Part shown: one piece after another, positions 1 through 13,029 of the stretch
Numbering within the stretch: the stretch's first letter is position 1
How the letters are laid out: the number at the start of each line of letters is the position of its first letter
DNA from: Magallana gigas
Lineage: Eukaryota
Reading direction: 5' to 3'
Assembly (NCBI RefSeq): GCF_963853765.1
Contig: NC_088854.1
Span: forward strand, 20,150,001 to 20,214,000
DNA length: 64,000 nucleotides
The notes under the pieces: model-generated
The model's database searches: none
What the model saw: only the letters and a program-made list of their open reading frames with translations
Told to the model about the DNA's origin: nothing
Position numbers and translations under genes: made by a program

Positions 1-360
1 ATAAAAGATCTATAGTTCAGAAGATCTACGCCATATGCATTTATATGTTTTATCATTCATGATTTAGCTAAGTAACAAAAGAACTTACTTTTATAGTTTG
101 ATTTGCACAGAAATATCCGGGCATGTAAGTCCAAAACACTAGTTGTAATTGTAAATACAGACACAATGAGAGCCACTTGATTCTGGAAAGAGAGGGGTAA
201 AAAATCTCAGGAAGACTGTATGTTTCAAAGTTCATCATGCAAACTATAAGGTGTAGATTTCAGTTTTTTGCTATTCTGTTCAGTGTCAAAGATAGAAGAA
301 AGAATAATGTAACCAGAGTAGAATCATAATAAAATAATGTTAAAAAAAATGCATGTTTGT

Positions 361-392
361 TCTCTCTCTCTCTCTCGCTCTCTCTCTCTCTC
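361..392. repeat. (CT)7-CG-(CT)7 microsatellite in subtype A; pure (CT)26, 28 and 27 in subtype B at 43751, 51297, 58856
   Basis: Read directly. Confidence 0.95.
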
Positions 393-1045
393 CGTATGTT
401 TCCTTTCAATCAGAATTCAACATCACTAATCTTATGATAATGTGTATCAACCCACTTTCTAGTTAGTCTACAACATATATGAATGATGTACATTATTTGT
501 TGTACTCATATCGCTTAGCCTTATAAATGTTGGATTTGAATAATGTAAATGCATGTATTTTTTTTTTGTGTATTCACTAAACAGACCTCAATCAATATCA
601 TGCAGTTAGTTGCAGGAGCAAAATAAAAAACAAAAAACACATTCATAGCTATGTTTGGTGTTTGTTATTTCTCTCATCTCACCCCCCACCCATAATTTTT
701 CTTTCAAATCTTCATTACTACTCCTGTAAATTTTACTACTCGAGTATTCATACTCTGGTCTGTAGCCGTGAACATTATGAAAAAAGCATGCACCTTGCAT
801 TACAAACCCTTGCCATGTTACTCATTTACAATTTGTTTATATCTCCTTTTTAATATCTTATTTGTGAGTTTGTGTTGTTAATGCCCCCCCCCCCCCCTTC
901 TGAACCATACCATAGTCAGATATGAATTAATAATATGTAATAACACATTATCACAGAAAAACTAGAAGGGGCTTAATGTACCTGTATAAAGTGTATATGA
1001 ATTCATTGTACTTGCATGTTTCTTTGCAACTTGCATTTGTAATTA

Positions 1046-1086
1046 AGGCATCTTTTCGAAAAATATTGGTAGCCCTGAAAAGGGCT
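1046..1086 (-). terminator. H1 3' stem-loop AGCCCTTTTCAGGGCT (1071-1086) and HDE GAAAAGATGCCT (1046-1057); present after every H1 copy
   Basis: Histone 3' hairpin followed 13 nt later by a purine-rich element. Confidence 0.93.
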
Positions 1087-1126
1087 TTTGTTGAAGGTTT
1101 GCAATCTGCAATGATGCTATGATTGC

Positions 1127-1729
1127 TTATTTTTTAGCTGCTGTCTTCTTGGGAGTCTTGGCTTTCTTTGGCTTGGCTGCTGCTGCTGCTTTTTTCGGAG
1201 TCTTGGCCTTCTTTGGCTTGGCTGCTGCCTTCTTAGGGGATTTGGCTGCCGTCTTCTTCTTGGGTGTCTTAACTTTCTTAGGTCCAGCTGCTTTCTTGGG
1301 GGACTTCTTCTTCTTCTCAGCAGTCTTTTTCTCCCCTGCCGCCTTCCTAGGCTTAACAGCTGTGGCCTTCTTTGGTTTGGCTGCCTTGGGTTTGGTGACT
1401 TTCTTCGCCTTTGGTTTTTTCTCTGTCTTTGGCTTGTCTCCTAACTTGAAAGAGCCAGTGGCGCCTGTTCCTTTGGCTTGTTTCAGAGCGCCTTTCTTCA
1501 CTCCGTTCTTGAGTGCCATTTTAAGGTGGACATTAATGGGGTTGACGTCGTTTCCCACTTTAAAGTTGGCCATTATGTACTTCAGAATGGCCTGTCTGGA
1601 AGATCCACCACGCTCTTTCAGAGATTCCAAGGCGGCCCTGATCATGTCAACGTACTTGGGGTGTGCTGCAGGTACCTTAGGCTTAGTAACCTTCTTCTTG
1701 ACTGGGGTTGTGGTTGCTGTGTCTGCCAT
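1127..1729 (-). CDS. H1: Histone H1, subtype A, 200 aa ([12 protein letters not shown]...)
   Basis: Globular domain HPKY..MI...GSSRQAI.KYI...GSF; K/A/P-rich tail with S/TPKK motifs; start set at Met40 of the listed ORF. Confidence 0.97.
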   Translation of the reverse strand: MADTATTTPVKKKVTKPKVPAAHPKYVDMIRAALESLKERGGSSRQAILKYIMANFKVGNDVNPINVHLKMALKNGVKKGALKQAKGTGATGSFKLGDKPKTEKKPKAKKVTKPKAAKPKKATAVKPRKAAGEKKTAEKKKKSPKKAAGPKKVKTPKKKTAAKSPKKAAAKPKKAKTPKKAAAAAKPKKAKTPKKTAAKK

Positions 1730-1950
1730 GGCTTCGGACGAAACGAAAACGCTGTACAATTCACTGCGAACTAATACGAGGAAATAGTGAAGTCTCACGC
1801 TCTCGCTGCTTTTGTTTACAGCGGGCGCGGACGTCCTCGAAAACATCCCTTAAAATCGAAGCGCATATGCATAGTAGAATTGATGTGTGTTTTGATGCCG
1901 ATGTTTACATCCTTGCTGCGCCGTTTAATGAGTACCGATTGCAGCTATTT
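1730..1950 (-). promoter_or_regulatory. H1 promoter: AC box AAACACA (1886-1892), GC-rich element (about 1821-1835), no canonical TATA
   Basis: The AC box is the established H1-specific promoter element; position relative to the ATG fits. Confidence 0.7.
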
Positions 1951-2699
1951 TATGAAAATCACATTGTGTGGATATATCCCTACCATATCATCTGCATATT
2001 TTACGTAAATTCTCCGCTAAAGGAACTCAAATGAAAGGAAAACGTAGGACAGAGTAGCAAATTCCAACTCCAAATGCCGATAAAGTCACGCAATGTCTTT
2101 AAAATTGATAATTATTCACAGAAAATTACTTTTTTTTAACGTCCAACATACAGACATAAGTGTATTGTATATCGTCTATTGTGTAGAAGGCCCATACATA
2201 TCTTCTTTTAAGTGAAATTCACACCAGGTCCATACACCCAGAAACACACGATACACAGAACAAGAGCAAGAGAGAATTATAAATTTTTAAAGTTGTCAGA
2301 AAGAAAAACAAATAAATAAAATAAAATAAGAAAGAAAAAGTCGTCACTTTAATAATAATATCAAAATATTCAGTGGCAAAAGTCATAGGATTTTTTGAAA
2401 AATAAAGAAAATTGAATTACATTATCTACTTTACGCGAAGTGCGATGTACAGTATAGTACGTGCAAGAAAACGGCGTTATGTTAACAAATGCACATACAG
2501 TCAAAAAGCATATCAACATAAATATAGATATACTAAGGTAGTAGTTGATCATGAATTGGGAAAAAAAACGGGTGATGAATGACGTGAATAAATAATTAGT
2601 TCATTTGTGCAATCATGATAACATTGCCAAAACTGCAGTTTTCACGTGTGCACATCTTACTTAGACCTTAATTTGTAATGCGCAGACCATGCATACGTA

Positions 2700-2717
2700 G
2701 GTGAATGTACATTCACC
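2700..2717. repeat. Perfect 18-bp palindrome GGTGAATGTACATTCACC in every H1-H2A spacer
   Basis: Equals its own reverse complement. Confidence 0.95.
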
Positions 2718-3130
2718 GTTTGGATATCAATTCAAATAGAAAAAGAATAATAATAATAATAATAAAATAACGCACAAATGATCTCCCCCATGAAACACTG
2801 TATAAAATCAGAATCGGATGTCGCAATTGTTCAAGTACATATCATTCTAACATTATGCATGCATTTATATCACTAGTTTAACCAATGTCAAACATGATCG
2901 AGATTTGAGCTCAAATTTTAATTTTTTCACACACTAATGTATTTTTGAGGGGTAGCTGATATAAATTAAATTTGTGTTTAGCATTTGAGAGCGTTGGAAC
3001 AACATCAAATTGGATATTAATTGAACATGAATAGAAATTCATGTAATAGGTTGACGGTGTGTGGCAATGCATTCAATAAACGTGTAATGGGTATCTGCAT
3101 TGTATATGTGTGCTTAATTACATGCTATAG

Positions 3131-3171
3131 AGACATCTTTTCGAAAAATATGGGTGGCCGTGAAAACGGCC
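3131..3171 (-). terminator. H2A 3' stem-loop GGCCGTTTTCACGGCC (3156-3171) and HDE GAAAAGATGTCT; repeated in every unit
   Basis: 6-bp stem, 4-nt loop, preceded by CCAAAC, followed by ACCCA. Confidence 0.93.
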
Positions 3172-3209
3172 GTTTGGTACAGACAAGTCAAGTCGACAGG
3201 GCTGACTTT

Positions 3210-3857
<648 letters not shown>

Positions 3858-4229
3858 ATGCCACCCAAAGTTGGATCTAAAGGTTCTAAGAAAGCTGCCA
3901 CCAAGGCTAAGGCCCAGAGAACTGGGGACAAGAAGAGGCGCAGGAGGAGGAGGGAATCCTACGCTATCTACATCTACAAAGTCTTGAAACAGGTGCACCC
4001 TGACACTGGAGTTTCCAGCAAGGCCATGAGCATCATGAATTCTTTCGTCAATGACATCTTCGAGAGAATTGCCGCTGAGGCCTCCCGTCTGGCCCACTAC
4101 AACAAACGCTCAACCATCACCAGCAGAGAAATCCAGACTGCAGTCCGCCTTCTCCTGCCAGGTGAATTGGCCAAGCATGCTGTCTCTGAAGGTACCAAAG
4201 CTGTCACCAAGTACACCAGCAGCAAGTAA
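3858..4229 (+). CDS. H2B: Histone H2B, subtype A ([12 protein letters not shown])
   Basis: Histone fold [14 protein letters not shown]...AVTKYTSSK. Confidence 0.99.
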   Translation: MPPKVGSKGSKKAATKAKAQRTGDKKRRRRRRESYAIYIYKVLKQVHPDTGVSSKAMSIMNSFVNDIFERIAAEASRLAHYNKRSTITSREIQTAVRLLLPGELAKHAVSEGTKAVTKYTSSK

Positions 4230-4261
4230 ACTGCAGGGATATGTAGTTGACATAACCAAAC

Positions 4262-4296
4262 GGCCCTTTTCAGGGCCACACAATTTTTTCGAAAAG
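4262..4296 (+). terminator. H2B 3' stem-loop GGCCCTTTTCAGGGCC (4262-4277) and HDE GAAAAG; repeated in every unit
   Basis: Canonical metazoan histone stem-loop. Confidence 0.95.
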
Positions 4297-5065
4297 CTAC
4301 CATCATTACAATACGCAGTTACTGGTACATTAAATTTGTGTTCAATAGTCATGATTGTTTCACTATCAGAATGAGTACCCATCTTCACAGAAACTGAAAT
4401 TACAACAGGCTGTCACATCTAAGAATAAAAAAAGTTCTGTCTCTATTACTGTACACCAATTACCTATTGATCTTCATTATTCAATATTATCGTACAATTT
4501 AATATATCAAAACAGTGCAATCTACAATATGGTCATAAAATAATGAGCTAAACATTATCAGTGTCTGCTTTTTCAATCATGATTAAAGTCAATTTCACTG
4601 CCCTATATTTTAATAGTTTTAATCCTTTTCACCATAGCAATTTAATATCATTTCAACATGTAAGATAATAAAAATACAATTCTGCAGTTTTCAATTAAAA
4701 TTTCTGATTTCAATTACTTATTCTGTCATGTTTTAGACACTTACAAGAGAAATCAATGAGGGTTGGAGGATCAAATGACATGAATATATTTCTTTACATT
4801 ATCATTAAATCAATGCGCAATAACTGACCTATTTAAATTTAAACAATAGTCATCTTCTGACATGTGAAATGTGGCTTACTTTAATATCATTCTTTGATTA
4901 GGCTAAGTGTAAAAGTGATTGTTCATAACACTCATGTGACTTCCAACCACTCTTATTTCGAGTGCATGTGGCAGGGGAAATGAATGCTAACTCATTACTA
5001 ATGACAGGTAAAAGTGTAGTATGTCTCACAGAGCGTGTCGGTGTATTTCACAGCATTTGTGATAG

Positions 5066-5105
5066 AGGCATCTTTTCTAAAAGTTTGGTGGCCGTTAAAA
5101 CGGCC
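5066..5105 (-). terminator. H4 3' stem-loop GGCCGTTTTAACGGCC (5090-5105) and HDE GAAAAGATGCCT; repeated in every unit
   Basis: Hairpin with HDE 12 nt downstream. Confidence 0.93.
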
Positions 5106-5147
5106 GTTTGTTTGTTGTCAGTGCTGCAAGCACACAGGAGTGGCAGT

Positions 5148-5640
<493 letters not shown>

Positions 5641-5832
5641 TTTTACATGGAATCCACATACACACATCTTACATATTTACTGTGTCGGTTTTCTTATCAT
5701 AGTTTATACTTAATTTATATCATTAACTGTTACGAAATATTAAATATATATACATGTTTATATAAGTGTACTGCACACCTGTACAATTCATCGAAAAGAA
5801 TTAAATTGGTAATAAATGAATGTGCAGTGTGT

Positions 5833-5894
5833 AAAAAAAAAAAAAAACCAAAACAAAACAAAACAAAACAAAAAAAAGACAAAAAGAAAAAAAA
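5833..5894. repeat. A-rich tract, A15 followed by (AAAAC)n-like repeats, in the H3-H4 spacer of every unit
   Basis: Read directly. Confidence 0.9.
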
Positions 5895-6456
5895 CCTGAT
5901 CAACAGGATGTATCAAATGGAATGAGGCAAAAGATATGGTCAGAGCCAGTAGCTAAAATCTAAGAGACATTAACTGATTTCACAAAATTAATGTAATTTA
6001 TTCAAAAGACACAATATGATTCCTGTATTCCTTCTCCATAAAGGAACATACTCCTATTTTAATAATAATTAGCAGATTGACCTTTAGGAACATCATGACT
6101 ATGTTATAAATCCATAATATAAGAATGATAATGGTATTTACATTTTTGTTATAATTAAAGATATCTTCTTATTTCTTTTTTTTAATGTACACATTTGTGT
6201 TAGTTTGAGTTTTGCTCGCAGTGGGACAGTTACCATTTATAGCAATAGTTTTGACAGTTTGTGATATATCAATTCACTGTTTCTCATGTTGTCCATTTGT
6301 TAAGAAAGTTTCCACTGAAATATACTTGTATTGCTGTATTTATTTTATTCATGGGATATATGTGTGCGTGTGTTTATGCGAGCCATCTTACATATATTTA
6401 TTATAGATGAATGCACGCTTATTCAATAATTAGAGTATCAATTGTATGTAATGTGA

Positions 6457-6497
6457 AGGCATCTTTTCTAAAGGTTTTGGTGGCCGTGAAAACGGCC
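6457..6497 (-). terminator. H3 3' stem-loop GGCCGTTTTCACGGCC (6482-6497) and HDE GAAAAGATGCCT; repeated in every unit
   Basis: Hairpin with HDE 13 nt downstream. Confidence 0.93.
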
Positions 6498-6528
6498 GTT
6501 TTGAGTTTGTCAAGAGACAAAAGAGAAT

Positions 6529-7125
<597 letters not shown>

Positions 7126-8627
7126 TGAAAAAATCATTTCGATCCGGCTTTTGCACAGAATTTGTGTACTCCGAAAAATATCGTCCGTGTACTTAGTGGA
7201 ACAAAACTTTTATTCCAATTATAACTAAAACTTATTTGATTTACATAAAGTATTAAACACCATCTATATTCTACAGGATGTAATTGATACTTTAAAAAAA
7301 GCTACAACCCATTAGAATATTGCACAACTTACATTCACTCAATATTTTAACCTATTGATTCTCTGGCATTAAAATGGGAATAGTATATGCTGAATGATCA
7401 TCTGATATCTCAATTCAATTACAATAAACCCAGCATCATAACCCCCCCCCCCCCCAATAAATAAATAAGTAAATAAAGATATAGATTTATCAGAGAGAAA
7501 CATAAAAGATCTATAGTTCAGAAGATCTACGCCATATGCATTTATATGTTTTATCATTCATGATTTAGCTAAGTAACAAAAGAACTTACTTTTATAGTTT
7601 GATTTGCACAGAAATATCCGGGCATGTAAGTCCAAAACACTAGTTGTAATTGTAAATACAGACACAATGAGAGCCACTTGATTCTGGAAAGAGAGGGGTA
7701 AAAAATCTCAGGAAGACTGTATGTTTCAAAGTTCATCATGCAAACTATAAGGTGTAGATTTCAGTTTTTTGCTATTCTGTTCAGTGTCAAAGATAGAAGA
7801 AAGAATAATGTAACCAGAGTAGAATCATAATAAAATAATGTTAAAAAAAATGCATGTTTGTTCTCTCTCTCTCTCTCGCTCTCTCTCTCTCTCCGTATGT
7901 TTCCTTTCAATCAGAATTCAACATCACTAATCTTATGATAATGTGTATCAACCCACTTTCTAGTTAGTCTACAACATATATGAATGATGTACATTATTTG
8001 TTGTACTCATATCGCTTAGCCTTATAAATGTTGGATTTGAATAATGTAAATGCATGTATTTTTTTTTTGTGTATTCACTAAACAGACCTCAATCAATATC
8101 ATGCAGTTAGTTGCAGGAGCAAAATAAAAAACAAAAAACACATTCATAGCTATGTTTGGTGTTTGTTATTTCTCTCATCTCACCCCCCACCCATAATTTT
8201 TCTTTCAAATCTTCATTACTACTCCTGTAAATTTTACTACTCGAGTATTCATACTCTGGTCTGTAGCCGTGAACATTATGAAAAAAGCATGCACCTTGCA
8301 TTACAAACCCTTGCCATGTTACTCATTTACAATTTGTTTATATCTCCTTTTTAATATCTTATTTGTGAGTTTGTGTTGTTAATGCCCCCCCCCCCCCCTT
8401 CTGAACCATACCATAGTCAGATATGAATTAATAATATGTAATAACACATTATCACAGAAAAACTAGAAGGGGCTTAATGTACCTGTATAAAGTGTATATG
8501 AATTCATTGTACTTGCATGTTTCTTTGCAACTTGCATTTGTAATTAAGGCATCTTTTCGAAAAATATTGGTAGCCCTGAAAAGGGCTTTTGTTGAAGGTT
8601 TGCAATCTGCAATGATGCTATGATTGC

Positions 8628-9230
8628 TTATTTTTTAGCTGCTGTCTTCTTGGGAGTCTTGGCTTTCTTTGGCTTGGCTGCTGCTGCTGCTTTTTTCGGA
8701 GTCTTGGCCTTCTTTGGCTTGGCTGCTGCCTTCTTAGGGGATTTGGCTGCCGTCTTCTTCTTGGGTGTCTTAACTTTCTTAGGTCCAGCTGCTTTCTTGG
8801 GGGACTTCTTCTTCTTCTCAGCAGTCTTTTTCTCCCCTGCCGCCTTCCTAGGCTTAACAGCTGTGGCCTTCTTTGGTTTGGCTGCCTTGGGTTTGGTGAC
8901 TTTCTTCGCCTTTGGTTTTTTCTCTGTCTTTGGCTTGTCTCCTAACTTGAAAGAGCCAGTGGCGCCTGTTCCTTTGGCTTGTTTCAGAGCGCCTTTCTTC
9001 ACTCCGTTCTTGAGTGCCATTTTAAGGTGGACATTAATGGGGTTGACGTCGTTTCCCACTTTAAAGTTGGCCATTATGTACTTCAGAATGGCCTGTCTGG
9101 AAGATCCACCACGCTCTTTCAGAGATTCCAAGGCGGCCCTGATCATGTCAACGTACTTGGGGTGTGCTGCAGGTACCTTAGGCTTAGTAACCTTCTTCTT
9201 GACTGGGGTTGTGGTTGCTGTGTCTGCCAT
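8628..9230 (-). CDS. H1: Histone H1, subtype A
   Basis: Protein identical to 1127-1729. Confidence 0.97.
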   Translation of the reverse strand: MADTATTTPVKKKVTKPKVPAAHPKYVDMIRAALESLKERGGSSRQAILKYIMANFKVGNDVNPINVHLKMALKNGVKKGALKQAKGTGATGSFKLGDKPKTEKKPKAKKVTKPKAAKPKKATAVKPRKAAGEKKTAEKKKKSPKKAAGPKKVKTPKKKTAAKSPKKAAAKPKKAKTPKKAAAAAKPKKAKTPKKTAAKK

Positions 9231-10710
9231 GGCTTCGGACGAAACGAAAACGCTGTACAATTCACTGCGAACTAATACGAGGAAATAGTGAAGTCTCACG
9301 CTCTCGCTGCTTTTGTTTACAGCGGGCGCGGACGTCCTCGAAAACATCCCTTAAAATCGAAGCGCATATGCATAGTAGAATTGATGTGTGTTTTGATGCC
9401 GATGTTTACATCCTTGCTGCGCCGTTTAATGAGTACCGATTGCAGCTATTTTATGAAAATCACATTGTGTGGATATATCCCTACCATATCATCTGCATAT
9501 TTTACGTAAATTCTCCGCTAAAGGAACTCAAATGAAAGGAAAACGTAGGACAGAGTAGCAAATTCCAACTCCAAATGCCGATAAAGTCACGCAATGTCTT
9601 TAAAATTGATAATTATTCACAGAAAATTACTTTTTTTTAACGTCCAACATACAGACATAAGTGTATTGTATATCGTCTATTGTGTAGAAGGCCCATACAT
9701 ATCTTCTTTTAAGTGAAATTCACACCAGGTCCATACACCCAGAAACACACGATACACAGAACAAGAGCAAGAGAGAATTATAAATTTTTAAAGTTGTCAG
9801 AAAGAAAAACAAATAAATAAAATAAAATAAGAAAGAAAAAGTCGTCACTTTAATAATAATATCAAAATATTCAGTGGCAAAAGTCATAGGATTTTTTGAA
9901 AAATAAAGAAAATTGAATTACATTATCTACTTTACGCGAAGTGCGATGTACAGTATAGTACGTGCAAGAAAACGGCGTTATGTTAACAAATGCACATACA
10001 GTCAAAAAGCATATCAACATAAATATAGATATACTAAGGTAGTAGTTGATCATGAATTGGGAAAAAAAACGGGTGATGAATGACGTGAATAAATAATTAG
10101 TTCATTTGTGCAATCATGATAACATTGCCAAAACTGCAGTTTTCACGTGTGCACATCTTACTTAGACCTTAATTTGTAATGCGCAGACCATGCATACGTA
10201 GGTGAATGTACATTCACCGTTTGGATATCAATTCAAATAGAAAAAGAATAATAATAATAATAATAAAATAACGCACAAATGATCTCCCCCATGAAACACT
10301 GTATAAAATCAGAATCGGATGTCGCAATTGTTCAAGTACATATCATTCTAACATTATGCATGCATTTATATCACTAGTTTAACCAATGTCAAACATGATC
10401 GAGATTTGAGCTCAAATTTTAATTTTTTCACACACTAATGTATTTTTGAGGGGTAGCTGATATAAATTAAATTTGTGTTTAGCATTTGAGAGCGTTGGAA
10501 CAACATCAAATTGGATATTAATTGAACATGAATAGAAATTCATGTAATAGGTTGACGGTGTGTGGCAATGCATTCAATAAACGTGTAATGGGTATCTGCA
10601 TTGTATATGTGTGCTTAATTACATGCTATAGAGACATCTTTTCGAAAAATATGGGTGGCCGTGAAAACGGCCGTTTGGTACAGACAAGTCAAGTCGACAG
10701 GGCTGACTTT

Positions 10711-11130
<420 letters not shown>

Positions 11131-11358
11131 TCAACGAATAACACGCCATGCGCTGCGCCACTCTATTTAAACACTTCCACGGATTGAAATGATCCACTAA
11201 TCACAGCGCTCGTTTTAAACGCACCTCGGGCGTCCTGACCAATATGATGTTTACAAAGACGTCCGCAATTTACCTGTACGCTTCAATCCGCCTCGTGTTA
11301 TATATAAATCTACCGAGAGCAATGCGCCATTCATAGTTTCAGTCTTCACACTGTAAAC

Positions 11359-11730
11359 ATGCCACCCAAAGTTGGATCTAAAGGTTCTAAGAAAGCTGCC
11401 ACCAAGGCTAAGGCCCAGAGAACTGGGGACAAGAAGAGGCGCAGGAGGAGGAGGGAATCCTACGCTATCTACATCTACAAAGTCTTGAAACAGGTGCACC
11501 CTGACACTGGAGTTTCCAGCAAGGCCATGAGCATCATGAATTCTTTCGTCAATGACATCTTCGAGAGAATTGCCGCTGAGGCCTCCCGTCTGGCCCACTA
11601 CAACAAACGCTCAACCATCACCAGCAGAGAAATCCAGACTGCAGTCCGCCTTCTCCTGCCAGGTGAATTGGCCAAGCATGCTGTCTCTGAAGGTACCAAA
11701 GCTGTCACCAAGTACACCAGCAGCAAGTAA
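11359..11730 (+). CDS. H2B: Histone H2B, subtype A
   Basis: Protein identical to 3858-4229. Confidence 0.99.
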   Translation: MPPKVGSKGSKKAATKAKAQRTGDKKRRRRRRESYAIYIYKVLKQVHPDTGVSSKAMSIMNSFVNDIFERIAAEASRLAHYNKRSTITSREIQTAVRLLLPGELAKHAVSEGTKAVTKYTSSK

Positions 11731-12648
11731 ACTGCAGGGATATGTAGTTGACATAACCAAACGGCCCTTTTCAGGGCCACACAATTTTTTCGAAAAGCTA
11801 CCATCATTACAATACGCAGTTACTGGTACATTAAATTTGTGTTCAATAGTCATGATTGTTTCACTATCAGAATGAGTACCCATCTTCACAGAAACTGAAA
11901 TTACAACAGGCTGTCACATCTAAGAATAAAAAAAGTTCTGTCTCTATTACTGTACACCAATTACCTATTGATCTTCATTATTCAATATTATCGTACAATT
12001 TAATATATCAAAACAGTGCAATCTACAATATGGTCATAAAATAATGAGCTAAACATTATCAGTGTCTGCTTTTTCAATCATGATTAAAGTCAATTTCACT
12101 GCCCTATATTTTAATAGTTTTAATCCTTTTCACCATAGCAATTTAATATCATTTCAACATGTAAGATAATAAAAATACAATTCTGCAGTTTTCAATTAAA
12201 ATTTCTGATTTCAATTACTTATTCTGTCATGTTTTAGACACTTACAAGAGAAATCAATGAGGGTTGGAGGATCAAATGACATGAATATATTTCTTTACAT
12301 TATCATTAAATCAATGCGCAATAACTGACCTATTTAAATTTAAACAATAGTCATCTTCTGACATGTGAAATGTGGCTTACTTTAATATCATTCTTTGATT
12401 AGGCTAAGTGTAAAAGTGATTGTTCATAACACTCATGTGACTTCCAACCACTCTTATTTCGAGTGCATGTGGCAGGGGAAATGAATGCTAACTCATTACT
12501 AATGACAGGTAAAAGTGTAGTATGTCTCACAGAGCGTGTCGGTGTATTTCACAGCATTTGTGATAGAGGCATCTTTTCTAAAAGTTTGGTGGCCGTTAAA
12601 ACGGCCGTTTGTTTGTTGTCAGTGCTGCAAGCACACAGGAGTGGCAGT

Positions 12649-13029
<381 letters not shown>

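Noticed and set aside
466-500. GTCTACAACATAT, resembling the 5' end of 5S rRNA (5S is linked to histone repeats in some molluscs and crustaceans)
   Set aside because: Similarity ends after about 13 nt; no internal control region or 5S 3' end
606-853. Short spacer ORFs of 60-105 aa throughout the array
   Set aside because: Low complexity, no recognisable domains, and often frameshifted between A and B
1119-1787. 222-aa hydrophobic ORF ([10 protein letters not shown]...) and other ORFs antisense to histone genes
   Set aside because: Shadow frames of Lys/Ala-rich histone codons; no independent promoter or domain
1730-1846. In-frame 39-aa N-terminal extension of H1 from an upstream ATG
   Set aside because: Runs through the promoter GC-rich element, probably upstream of the start site; the extension is not H1-like. 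CAGE would settle it
4424-4429. AATAAA downstream of H2B (also near 6397 for H3) as a dual 3' processing signal
   Set aside because: Expected by chance in AT-rich spacers and not found consistently for all five genes; needs 3'-end data
4832-4843. Palindrome TTTAAATTTAAA in the H2B-H4 spacer
   Set aside because: AT-only and broken in subtype B
5012-5022. AAGTGTAGTAT, matching the U2 snRNA branch-point pairing region
   Set aside because: 11-nt match only; the flanks do not resemble U2
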